From: Hyaloraphidium curvatum SAG 235-1
Taxonomy: Eukaryota; Fungi; Monoblepharomycota
Reading direction: 5' to 3'
DNA: 64,000 nucleotides
Assembly: GCA_025558095.1 (NCBI GenBank)
Contig: JAIVFI010000029.1
Location: 434,001 to 498,000 of the forward strand
The notes beneath the pieces are model-generated. The model was given only the letters and a program-made list of their open reading frames with translations. It searched no databases and was not told the origin of the DNA. Made by a program: the position numbers and the translations under genes. Below, one piece after another: positions 47,442-57,090 of this stretch. Position 1 is the stretch's first letter. Each line of letters starts with the position of its first letter.

Positions 47442-47787
47442 TTACACCGGCACACGGCGCTCCAGCCCCTTGTCTGCCTCGTAGATGCAGCTGACCATGC
47501 CGTCGACCGCGCCGACGCCTGCGGTGGCGCGAGTGAGTGACTCGCCGGAGTCGGTGCGGGCGCCGGAACGAACAGCGCTCGCCCTCGACGCACTCGGCGC
47601 ACGAGGATCTCTTGACGATCCGGGCGTCCCCGGTGGGGGCGGCGTTGCTGTGGGAGGGGGCCGGGCGAGTCAGGGGACGTTGAGGGATCGCTGTGGCGCG
47701 CCACGGCGGGACCCACGCGGCGCCGGCGAAGAGCGCGATCAGCGCGAAGAGCGCGAAAAGGAGGACGGTGAAGCGGCGGGGGGCCAT
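47442..47787 (-). CDS. Secreted 4-Cys prepropeptide, copy A2 (same as A1)
   Basis: Duplicate of A1 at +1416. Confidence 0.85.
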
Positions 47788-48063
47788 GGCGGCGCTTGGC
47801 TGCGGAAGGCAATTTGGAGTCTCTGGGGGATGGGGAGGCTGGTGTCGAAGGGTCACAGGTCCCTGACCGAACAAGTGCCCCGACCCTCCAATCTTCTTCC
47901 GCGTCAGTCAAGAGATGGTGTGGGCGACAAAGTTAAGGAAAGGCGACATTTGGACCCCGGCTTTACATTGGAACCCTCTGTAAGCACTCTTTGAGATAAC
48001 TGTTGAAAGCCAACGCTTGGGAAACAGCGCTTGAAGCTCCGCATAACCTCTGCACCCTCTTGT

Positions 48064-48409
48064 TTATACCGGCGTGCGGCGCTCCAGCCCCGTGTCGGCC
48101 TCGTAGATACAGCTGACCATGCCGTCGACCGCGCCGACGCCTGCGGTGGCGCGGGTCAGTGACTCGCCAGAGTCGGTGCGGGCGCCGGAACGAACAGCGC
48201 TCGCCCTCGACGCACTCGGCGCACGAGGATCTCTTGACGATCCCGGCGTCCCCGGTGGGGGCGGCGTTGCTGTGGGATGGGGCCAGGCGAGTCAGGGGAC
48301 GTTGAGGGATCACTGTGGCGCGCCACCGCGGGACCCACGCAGCGCCGGCGAAGAGCGCAATGAGCGCGAAGAGCGCGAAGAGCAGGATAGTAAGGCGGCG
48401 GGGGGGCAT
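48064..48409 (-). CDS. Secreted 4-Cys prepropeptide, copy C
   Basis: MPPRRLTILLFALFALIALFAGAANAAPTGDAGIVKR-SSCAECVEGERCVGAVDGMVSCIYEADTGLERRTPV. Confidence 0.85.
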
Positions 48410-48953
48410 GGCGGTGATTGGGTGTCTTTTGCGGCGGAGTGGGGGTTCGACCGATAGTAAGTGTGTCTTCGGGCCGAAACTGTGGGCTGGACAAAGGGAC
48501 GGCCGGCCCACAAGCGAATATTACGTCGACACAAACTGGACGATGATTGTCAGGTTCGGGCTGCCAGCTCCAATCGGAGGGAGATGACTGGTGTCTCCGA
48601 GCGCTGGATAGTCGCTGTGGGGTCGTGGCTGGCCTAGGGACGCATCCTGACGGAGTCGGTCAAGCACCGAAGTGGGCGATTGAAAGCACATTTCCACGAG
48701 TCTACACTGCTTCCTGAAACATTCGTGGCAACAAGGCTTGAGACCAGCGCTTGAAGCATCCTCCCCGTTCGCAGCATCCCGTTCCAGGTCGGGGCACGGC
48801 AGCAGAACTGTCCATCAAGGCGCTGATGCGGGCGACATCATGGAGTTAAACAGAGCAGGCGTCCTTTTCGGTCGACGCCGCGCTGCTGTATTGATGTGAA
48901 AACCCCACAGTCGGAGCAATTGACCTCTCCGTCCACCCTTCCCAACCCGTTGT

Positions 48954-49317
48954 TTACACCGGCGGCGCACGGCGGTCCAGCTTGTTTTCGGCCTCGTAGA
49001 TGCAGCTGACCATGCCGTCGACCGCGCCCACGCCTACGGGGGGGTGGCCGTGTGAGCCGCCCGGAAGCCCGGTCCGGCCATCTCGCAACTTACAGCGCTC
49101 GCCCTCGACACACTCGGCGCAAGACGACCTCTTCACGACGTGGACCTTGTCGGTGGGGGCGGCGGTGCTGCGGCGGCGGACGGGGCGGCGTGGCGCGTGA
49201 GCGGCGGCGGGGCAACTAGGCGGACCGCCCGCCTGGCGGGACCCACGCGGCGCCGGCGAAGACCGCGACGAGCGCAAAGAGCGCGAGGAGGAGGAGCGCG
49301 AGGCGGCGGGTGGCCAT
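48954..49317 (-). CDS. Secreted 4-Cys prepropeptide, copy D
   Basis: MATRRLALLLLALFALVAVFAGAATAAPTDKVHVVKR-SSCAECVEGERCVGAVDGMVSCIYEAENKLDRRAPPV; intron 2 donor is a canonical GTAAGT. Confidence 0.85.
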
Positions 49318-49557
49318 GGCGTGAGTGTTCTCGGCGGTGCGGGTGAGTGATTGGACGGTGTCAATAGTCGGCGTGGCTGGGGAGGGACTTCCGAACGTCG
49401 ATGGGATAGTGGGGGCGGACGGAGTCACCGGCCGGCCACACAGAAAGGGCCGATTCGGTTACTGCAGCTGGGCGGGCAGATCATTGATTCTCATAGATCA
49501 AGTCATGGCCAGCTCCGACCCTCGTCATCGCCGTTGCGACGTCGGCCCCGGGGGCAG

Positions 49558-52500
49558 TCACCCCTCCTGGGAAGCCTCCCCCGCCCATCCGGCCATCCAA
49601 CCCCCCATCTCGTCCCAGTGTTCCCCCTTGGTGTACTCGTGCAGCCCTAGCATCCCCTTGAGCCTCAGCATCACGTACTGCCGCGCCATGTACCACGTGT
49701 CGAGCGCGAACGCACATTCCTCCTTCCCCTTGGACCCCTTTTCCCGCAGCCGTCCCGAGAGGTCCGCGTCCGAGGGTACCTGGCAATCCGGCAGCCCGCG
49801 GTGAGGACGGAGCACCCTCGCCGTCGCACCGGCCGGGAACTCCGGGTCCCCCGCCGCGGCGTAGAACAGCGGCCCCCGGGTCGGCAGGGGATGCGGGAAC
49901 GAGAGCGCGCTCATCATCTGCCCCGTGGCCGACTCGAGCGGCCCGGCGATCTCGCCGTTGTTGTCCCACGCGAGGTCGTGCCGCGGGTGCAGTAGCGCGG
50001 AGCCTTCCGGGCACGCGGCCAAGGGCGGGGCGCCAGCGCGGCCGGTCCCGTTCGCGCAGGCCGGCTGGTAATCCCGCAGCGCGAGGTCAGCACCGGGGTG
50101 CTCCACCAGCAGCCCCACGGACCGCAGCGCCTCGACCACCATCCCCCCAGCCGCCCGCGAAAAAACCCACGGCGCCTCCTCCGCGAACGTGCCCCCGCAC
50201 ACTCCACTTGGCATCCACGCGTCCGTCACGATCCGCTTCTCCGGCACCCCGGCGCGGAGCAAGGCCGTCCGCAGACCGGCGATGTTGTACCCGTCCATCC
50301 CGTTGGCCACCGACCCCGTCAGCCACAGGGGGGGCACCGCCTGCTTCCCGCGGAGCTCCGGCATCCCCAGCCGCCCCCGCTCCGGTCCGAGCGCCGCGAC
50401 GACCTCCTCTTCCAGCCGCGCCGCGCACGCCCTGTCCTCCCTCAGGCTCGCCCCGCCCTCTTGCACAAGCGTGGCGTTCAGATCGGGCACGGCCATCTGG
50501 AGCACCGCCGCGTCCACCCGCATCCTGCGCACCACCACCCCCGAGAACCTCGACCCGCTCGACAGGCCGAACGAGAGCACCGGCACGCGCTGCCCGGCCG
50601 CCAGCCCGCGCGCGCGCCGCACGTGGGCCAGCGCCGCGGCGGCCGAGACCGCGGTGACGCGCAGGTCGAAGTTGCCGCAGCTGTCCTCCAGGTCCTGGTG
50701 CGCGCACTTGCTGTCGTCCAGCAGCCCCAGCGGCACCGCGACCGGCATCAACCCCCTCCTCTCTAGCGCGCGGATCAGCCCGCGGAGCAGGGGCATCCGC
50801 GAGGCGAACGCGGGCCCGTTGCACGCCGTGCCGAAAACCAGCGCAACCCCGACCGCGCGCTCGGGGGGCAGCGCGATCGAGACCCAGGGTGCGATCCCCG
50901 ACACGTTGCGGCCGTCCCGCGAGGTCAAGTTGAACCCCGGCTCCAGCGCCCGCAGCGCGTGCACGGGCTCCCCCGGCGTCGGGGTCCACGCGTCCCCGCC
51001 GGCTTCGGGGGGCAGGCACTCGTCGATCCCCTTGACCACCTTCGGCAGCCCCATCCTGTCGTGCGGCGGAACCGGCGCCGTAGCATTGCACCCCGCCACC
51101 CTCCCCGCATGCTCCCCGCACGCGGCCCAGAGCATCCACGCCGTCCCGCCCCGCGCCTCGGTCCCCCTGTCCCCCGGCACGGGCAACCGCCTGTAATGCA
51201 GCCCCGCGTAGTGCGCCAGCTGGAGGTAGTACCACCCCGCGGCCTCGTGCCCCGCCGGCACCGTTTCCGCGAGCGCCGAGCCCGCGCGCATGGCCAGCGC
51301 GTTGAGGAGGCCGGAGCCGTGCGGGGCGAGGACGGCGGAGGAGGAGGCGAAGAGGGCGAGGGAGGCGCGGACGCTCAGGTTGCCCGGGAACGGGATCGGA
51401 TCGAGGGCGTAGGACCGGAGGAGGAGGGAGAGGGCGGCGAGTTCGGAGGGGGGTTGGCCCCGCGAGGAGGCGGCGGAGCGGTCGACGAGGATCACCCTGT
51501 TTGCGCGGCCGGGGTGTTCGACGTCGATCTCGGGGGCGAGGGAGCGCATGGCGTCGCGGAGGGCGAGCAGGTGCACGGGGTGCGTGCGCGCGCCCACGAG
51601 CGGCTTGTCCAGCAAATGGGCAGTGCGCGCGGCGACGCGGCCCGAGACGAGGCGGTCCGCGAGGCCGAGGTGCGCGAGCCATTCCACGGCGTAGGGCAGG
51701 GTGTCGTTGTTGCCGGGCGCCCAGCGGCGGGCAAAGTGGCGCGGGACGTGCACCAGAACGCCGGGGTTGGCTTTGAGGTACGGCACGAGAGGGTATATGC
51801 GGCCGACGAAATCGGCCGAGAACCAGTAGTAGTTGTCGGCCGGGGGCACGACCACCACGACCTCGTCCAGCACGTGCAGCCTCACCGGCCCAGTGCCTGA
51901 GGCATTCAGGGCCTCCCTGTCCCAGGCCATCACCGCCTCATGCGGTTCCGGCGTGTCGTCGTCGTGGGGCATCACCAGCTGCGAGACGAAGGTGCAACCG
52001 CCGCCGGGAGGGGGGTACGGGACCTCGGCGAGGTCGGGGCCGGCGTAGGGAGGCCAGAAGTGGACGAAGCGGCCGTCGGGGGCGCGCCGGCGGAGGTCAC
52101 GCAGCGGCTCGGGGCCGCCCATGGCTGATTCCAGGTGGCGTTCTGTCCGATCCGGCGACACGTTGCGGGCGGCCTCGGGTTCCGGGTCGAACAGCTCGAC
52201 AAGCACCCCCTCGTACCCCTCGGCTGTCCCGCGCCGGGCCCGGTTGGGCCTCACGGCCTGCAGCATGCCGTTGGGGTTCACCACCACGCCGTGCGCTGTG
52301 AGCACGCCCGGCAGCGCGTGGGCAAACGCGGGGGCGTTGAGCGCCGCGCGCACGGCGGCGGGGTCGTTGCGCCCCGCGGCGTCCGCCACCTCCTTCGTGC
52401 GCACGTTCATGACCATCAACGCGGGGTCGATTGGCGGCACGGGCACCTGGCGCAGCACGGCCTGGCGGGTGACGCCGGGCAGGGAGAGGTCGGCGGTAGC

Positions 52501-53079
52501 TCCGTGCAGGCTCGGTGCGGCGGCGAGGGCCCGCACGTTATTGGACATGCGGTCGGCGACCTCGGAGCGGCGCAGCGGCACGTCGCAGGGCACATTTTGG
52601 AGGAGCGTCTCCCACAGTTCGCCCGGCGGCGTGCGGTCGCAGCGGCGGACGACCGACAGCGATTGCAAAGGCGGCGGCGTCCAGGGGCCGCCCGACGCGT
52701 CCAGATTGAGGGCGTCCGCGATCGCCGCCACCGACACCGCGGCCACGTCTGCCGGCAGCGGCCCCCGCCCCGCCTCGGCCGCTGTCCGCAGTGCGTCCCA
52801 TTCGGCGCTCTCCGCGACAACGTCGAACGCGTCCGCCCAGTCCAGCGGCGCCAGCGTGACGAGAGATCCTTTAAAATTCGCGGCATCGGAGAGCGCGAAC
52901 GGCCTCAACGCCTCGCGCACGGCAAACAGAGCAGGGGAACGGGATCCCGCCTTGGCGGCCGCAGATGTCCACGCCGACAGCGGCACGCGAACCTCGTCGT
53001 GCCGCCGCGCCGCTGCAATGGCGAGCACTAAAAGCGCAACGGCCGCCGCCGTCCACCGCACAGCGAACCGGGGGCGCAT
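49558..53079 (-). CDS. Type II membrane protein: GT61 (DUF563) glycosyltransferase fused to an alpha/beta-hydrolase-like domain
   Basis: N-terminal TM anchor; NYYWF..DF...I, VILVDRS, ALFASSSAVLAPHGSGLLNALAM...AETVP...YYLQLAHYAGLHY (GT61 pattern); C-terminal SFGLSSGS nucleophile elbow, DAW, LHEY; single open frame. Confidence 0.8.
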   Translation of the reverse strand: MRPRFAVRWTAAAVALLVLAIAAARRHDEVRVPLSAWTSAAAKAGSRSPALFAVREALRPFALSDAANFKGSLVTLAPLDWADAFDVVAESAEWDALRTAAEAGRGPLPADVAAVSVAAIADALNLDASGGPWTPPPLQSLSVVRRCDRTPPGELWETLLQNVPCDVPLRRSEVADRMSNNVRALAAAPSLHGATADLSLPGVTRQAVLRQVPVPPIDPALMVMNVRTKEVADAAGRNDPAAVRAALNAPAFAHALPGVLTAHGVVVNPNGMLQAVRPNRARRGTAEGYEGVLVELFDPEPEAARNVSPDRTERHLESAMGGPEPLRDLRRRAPDGRFVHFWPPYAGPDLAEVPYPPPGGGCTFVSQLVMPHDDDTPEPHEAVMAWDREALNASGTGPVRLHVLDEVVVVVPPADNYYWFSADFVGRIYPLVPYLKANPGVLVHVPRHFARRWAPGNNDTLPYAVEWLAHLGLADRLVSGRVAARTAHLLDKPLVGARTHPVHLLALRDAMRSLAPEIDVEHPGRANRVILVDRSAASSRGQPPSELAALSLLLRSYALDPIPFPGNLSVRASLALFASSSAVLAPHGSGLLNALAMRAGSALAETVPAGHEAAGWYYLQLAHYAGLHYRRLPVPGDRGTEARGGTAWMLWAACGEHAGRVAGCNATAPVPPHDRMGLPKVVKGIDECLPPEAGGDAWTPTPGEPVHALRALEPGFNLTSRDGRNVSGIAPWVSIALPPERAVGVALVFGTACNGPAFASRMPLLRGLIRALERRGLMPVAVPLGLLDDSKCAHQDLEDSCGNFDLRVTAVSAAAALAHVRRARGLAAGQRVPVLSFGLSSGSRFSGVVVRRMRVDAAVLQMAVPDLNATLVQEGGASLREDRACAARLEEEVVAALGPERGRLGMPELRGKQAVPPLWLTGSVANGMDGYNIAGLRTALLRAGVPEKRIVTDAWMPSGVCGGTFAEEAPWVFSRAAGGMVVEALRSVGLLVEHPGADLALRDYQPACANGTGRAGAPPLAACPEGSALLHPRHDLAWDNNGEIAGPLESATGQMMSALSFPHPLPTRGPLFYAAAGDPEFPAGATARVLRPHRGLPDCQVPSDADLSGRLREKGSKGKEECAFALDTWYMARQYVMLRLKGMLGLHEYTKGEHWDEMGGWMAGWAGEASQEG

Positions 53080-53305
53080 GGCCCGTGCGGGGCACCGGCC
53101 GTGCACGAGTCACGCGTCGCCCGTTGCCACAAGACACAAGACACCCTTCTCCGAACGGGTCAGTGAGGTGGTCACACGCAAGCGAACGTAAGTCATTCCT
53201 CCACATGTCCTACAACTTCTTCCAAAATAGATACATGGAACAGTGGGCTGGCGTCGCCCGCATCCGGTCGCCGAGCACACGCCTTTGGCACCCCTCCTTG
53301 ACCCC

Positions 53306-53681
53306 TCAAACGGCCCTCCTCTCCAGCGCCACCCTGTCCTCGTAGATGCAACTGACCATCCCGTCGACCGCGGCCACGCCTGTTCGGGTTCCGGGTAGCG
53401 TGTGAGTGGGTGTCCACTGAGTGGGTGTCCACCGTGCGCGGGGAAGGAAGGGGGACCCACAGCGTTCGCCCTCGACGCACTCGGCGCACGAGGACCGCTT
53501 GACGATCTGGACTTCGCCCGTGGGGGCGGCGGTGCTGTGGGCGTGGGGCGACGGTGGAGAGGGAGGGGTGAGTGGCGTTGGGGATAGCGTTGACCCGGGC
53601 GGGGGGAACGCACGCGGCGCCGGCGAACAGCGCAAACAGCGCGAGCAGCGCGAACAGGAGGACGGCGAGGCGGGGGGCCAT
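53306..53681 (-). CDS. Secreted 4-Cys prepropeptide, copy E
   Basis: MAPRLAVLLFALLALFALFAGAATAAPTGEVQIVKR-SSCAECVEGERCVAAVDGMVSCIYEDRVALERRAV. Confidence 0.85.
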
Positions 53682-54100
53682 CTTCGGTGGTGATTCGCGC
53701 GGGGTGCAGGTGGGTGGGGGATGTCTTGGGGACCGAAGGGGGACGGCTGACGTAAAAGCCGTCGGTCCGAGGAGGGGCGTTTTGGCGACGGCCAAGGGAG
53801 GAGATGGCGGCATCGGGTGGCGGAGCATCCTGGATTGCCTGAACTGGATGGAGGTCCCTGGGCGGGGCGCGGGCCTCGTTTTTCCCCGGCGGCCGCGGAT
53901 CCCCGAGCCGGCCCAGCACCCGTCTGGAGATCGACCTCGCGGGCCATCGTCGATCCGTTCATGGCCGTGCAATCCCTCCAATAGCCCGTGTAGTTCCCCC
54001 CACCGGCTCGCCCTCCAAAAGATATGGCGCCAACCCACTCTTTCCACCCCGGGACTTCCCCGTCCCTTGCCGACGCCGCGGCGTCCCGCCCCGCCATCCC

Positions 54101-54432
54101 TCACACCGCGTTCCCCCTCCTCTCCAGCGCCCTCTCGTAAACGCAGCTGACCATCCCGTCCACGGCTGCCTCGCCTGCACGTTCCCCGCGGGGATCAGCC
54201 GACCGGTGCTCCAGGGGCGAGAAGAGCGACCCACATCGCTCGCCCTCGAGGCACTCGGCGCACGACGACCGCTTGACGATGCTGCCTTCCGCGGTGGGGG
54301 CGGCGGTGCTAGCGAGCGGGGTGAGCGGCGCCGGGACCGCGACCGCCCAGCAGAGGGAGGGACCCACGCGGCGCCGGCGAGCAGGGCCAACAGCGCGAGC
54401 AGCGCGACGAGGAGGAGGGTAACGCGTGCCAT
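54101..54432 (-). CDS. Secreted 4-Cys prepropeptide, copy F
   Basis: MARVTLLLVALLALLALLAGAATAAPTAEGSIVKR-SSCAECLEGERCEAAVDGMVSCVYERALERRGNAV. Confidence 0.85.
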
Positions 54433-54559
54433 TGCGGTTGTTGGGCGGCGGATGGGTGGTGTGTGAGGGTGGGACGTGGGATGGGGGGTGAGGGACGGGC
54501 GGTGTTGTGTCCCTGCTGATGGGTTTTCGCGATCGGGGACGGGGACGCGGGGTGATGCG

Positions 54560-54960
54560 CATGCCGCGCATCCCCGGGCTCGCATCACGTCCGCTGCAGC
54601 TCATTGAATGCGGGACGGGCGTCGGATCGCGGAGGCAGCGCGTTTCCGGCGCGGGCCGAGGACAGAGGCAGGGGTCTGCGGGCGGCTTCGAGGGCGAGGA
54701 TGGGACGCTGCCGTTGCTGCGGATGCTGCGGGCGGCGAGGGTCCGATCGATGATGGACACAACCGAGGGCGGATGTGAAAAACCGGGGGAAGCGAGTGGA
54801 TGGGGATGGGAGGAGGGGATCGACACGGCGGAGGTGGGGAGGACGGGGACGGGGGCTGGAACGGTAGGACAGTTAGGCGGGCGGGAATCGTAGACCGCGT
54901 GGTTTACGCTGTGATCGCACCGGTGAGAAGCAATTGGACTCGGTTCCCCGTCCTGCGGCG
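54560..54960. repeat. Conserved non-coding block, copy 2 (homologous to 33540-33950)
   Basis: Same ordered motifs and same position relative to the adjacent array as copy 1. Confidence 0.7.
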
Positions 54961-54963
54961 CGG

Positions 54964-56471
54964 CTGTGGATGCACGCCAGCCGAGTCAGCCGGTCCCGCA
55001 GGCAACGATGACCGAGGGGAGACCCACCTCCGCCGCGAAGGGCGCGCGGGAAGGTCCCTGTGGGAGCGCCGAGACACCAACTTGGTCCGGAGGACCGATC
55101 CGAACCGCGGCCGCGCGCACCCACCTCCCCAATCCGTCCCCGTCTGGCCATCGTCGTCACTTGCACCGGCGCCGTGGCGCGAACGGCTGTGGGTCGAAGT
55201 CGTGTCGCGTGATCCGAAGGGCGCGGATCGCGAGACGGAATCGGCCCACCTCCCCGTCCGTTCATTCGTCGTCCCGATCCGGTACCATCGAAAGAGCTGT
55301 GGACGATGAACCATGGTCACCAGCGATCGGAAGGGCGCGATCGCGGGCTTGACGGGCCCACCTCTACGGCGACCAAAGGGCCGGATCGCGGGTTGGAACG
55401 AGCTCTTCCCCGTCCGGTCCACATTCCGTGGGGAGCAGTCCGCGCCAGCAAAGTGCCGCATCCGCCTCAAAGCTATGGGCCAGGAAATCATCAGTCGCTG
55501 TCAGGATCCCGGACGGCCTGGCGGCGCCTGCGTCCTGCCCACCGCGTCTGGGTAGTCCTTTGCTTGCTGCAGGTACGCTACCACTTAATGCCGAGGCGTG
55601 CGCTGGCATCAACGGATGCGAACCCACCTTTGCGTTCGATCCTGGCCCTTCCAATCCCCAGGATCCCAAGTCAGCAAGACGATCCCTGTGAGGACCCGAC
55701 GGGACGAACAAAGCGACCAGGATTAACCAGGTCGCAGGCGCGTTCGCAAAGTCCCCACCTTCCTGTCCGTCCAGGTCCAGCGGGAGAGCCGCGGTGAGCG
55801 TCACCGCGCCGCCGTTGGAGACCTGTGGGATTTCCGTGCCTTCGTGGATCACAGCGTCGCGGTGATGTCGAAAGTCAGCCGGTCCCACCTGCCTTCGTCG
55901 GCCCGCTGTGGGATCATCAAACAGGGGCTGGACGATCAGTACAAGGTTCCCGATCGCCGCATGCTGGTGCGTCCCATTTCTTCCCGTTGCACCATCGAGT
56001 CCAGTCAAGGCTCATTCCGGGGTCGTGAGTCGAGTCCTCCTGTCCGTTTGTGTGCCTGTGGGATTGGAAGACATATTGCGCTGATCGACGCTCTCGTGCA
56101 CCGATCGCAGACGTCCACCACGTCCCACCTGAGGCTTCGACTCTAGCCCATCCGGTCGACGAAGCGATGTCCCACGTCAGGTGAACCTTGCTGTGGGACC
56201 CATGTCAACCATTTGATCGGGCTCTGGGCCGGATCGGTGCCGTCCATCCGTCCCACCTCCCCATCGCCCGCGAAATGTCCAGGAATCCAGGTCCGGCATC
56301 ACGTCGCCAAGGTGAGGAAGGGCTGTGGGGTGCAAGAGGGACACCAAAGAGTCAGAGTTTGCAATCTGGGCGGTGGCCGGAGCGATCCCACAGAGCCGAC
56401 CCCCCATCTGCCGTGAGATGCACAGGAGGCTGATCAAAAACTCAGCCACATCGCAGACCTTGCCCTCCCAC
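54964..56471 (-). repeat. Array 2 of about 13 hairpin intron-like units
   Basis: Units start on + at 54964, 55058, 55187, 55297, 55473, 55567, 55686, 55823, 55906, 56056, 56191, 56323 and 56408; 61-73 nt each. Confidence 0.75.
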
Positions 56472-57090
56472 CTCTTCGAGCCTGACCCGAATCGTCGACG
56501 CCTTCCTTCCCGGTCGACAGGCATGCCCGCCGCGGTTCCAGTCCCACGGCGAGAAGAGAGAAGAGAAGAGGGAACGCTGGTGCGGCGGTAGGGAGAGCTC
56601 CAGAAGGTATTCAAAGTCGCGATGAGGGTCCGGAACGCGAGGGAAACAGAGCGTCCGGCTGGCCGCAGCGGGACTCGTGGGAGAAAGCCGCGGCGTTCAG
56701 GGTGGGGAGACACGAGCTCCGGCAAAGGGGCATAGCCAGCGCAGGCGCACATGAAGCGGAGCAGTCGCATACGTCGGAAACAGGGCCCATGGAGGCCTCC
56801 AGCGGGGCGAAACTGCTCGGGATGTTAGAGGTTAGTCATCGGTCGCCGAGCGCCCGAAAGCCGCCTCGCGTCGCATGCCCATGCACCGGGGATGCGGAGC
56901 TAGCAAAACAGAGGACTAAATCCGTCCTTTCTCCGTGCGGCAAAGGAAGAAGGAAAGACGCTTCGAGTTTGTTTATTTCGATCTCCTGGAACCGGATTGA
57001 TTGAAGGCACGGGCTGCCGTCCCGAGCGTCGACGGAAGTGTAGAGCTTCACACCACGCACCTCCGACCTTCGCACCGCGATACCAGCAAA

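Larger units (their letters stand above)
45481..48119. repeat. Near-identical tandem duplication, period 1416 bp
   Basis: 45481-~46704 matches 46897-~48119 apart from a 1-nt indel near 46533/47950. Confidence 0.9.

Noticed and set aside
47573-47585. Conserved GC-AG intron donor (G|GCGAGC) in the peptide genes
   Set aside because: A canonical GT donor lies 9 nt downstream in every copy (GTAAGT in copy D), and the GER codons show synonymous variation, so they are coding.
33958-56471. CRISPR or integron attC interpretation of the hairpin arrays
   Set aside because: Eukaryotic context, units too divergent internally, no cas or integrase genes; the ends match spliceosomal signals on the minus strand.
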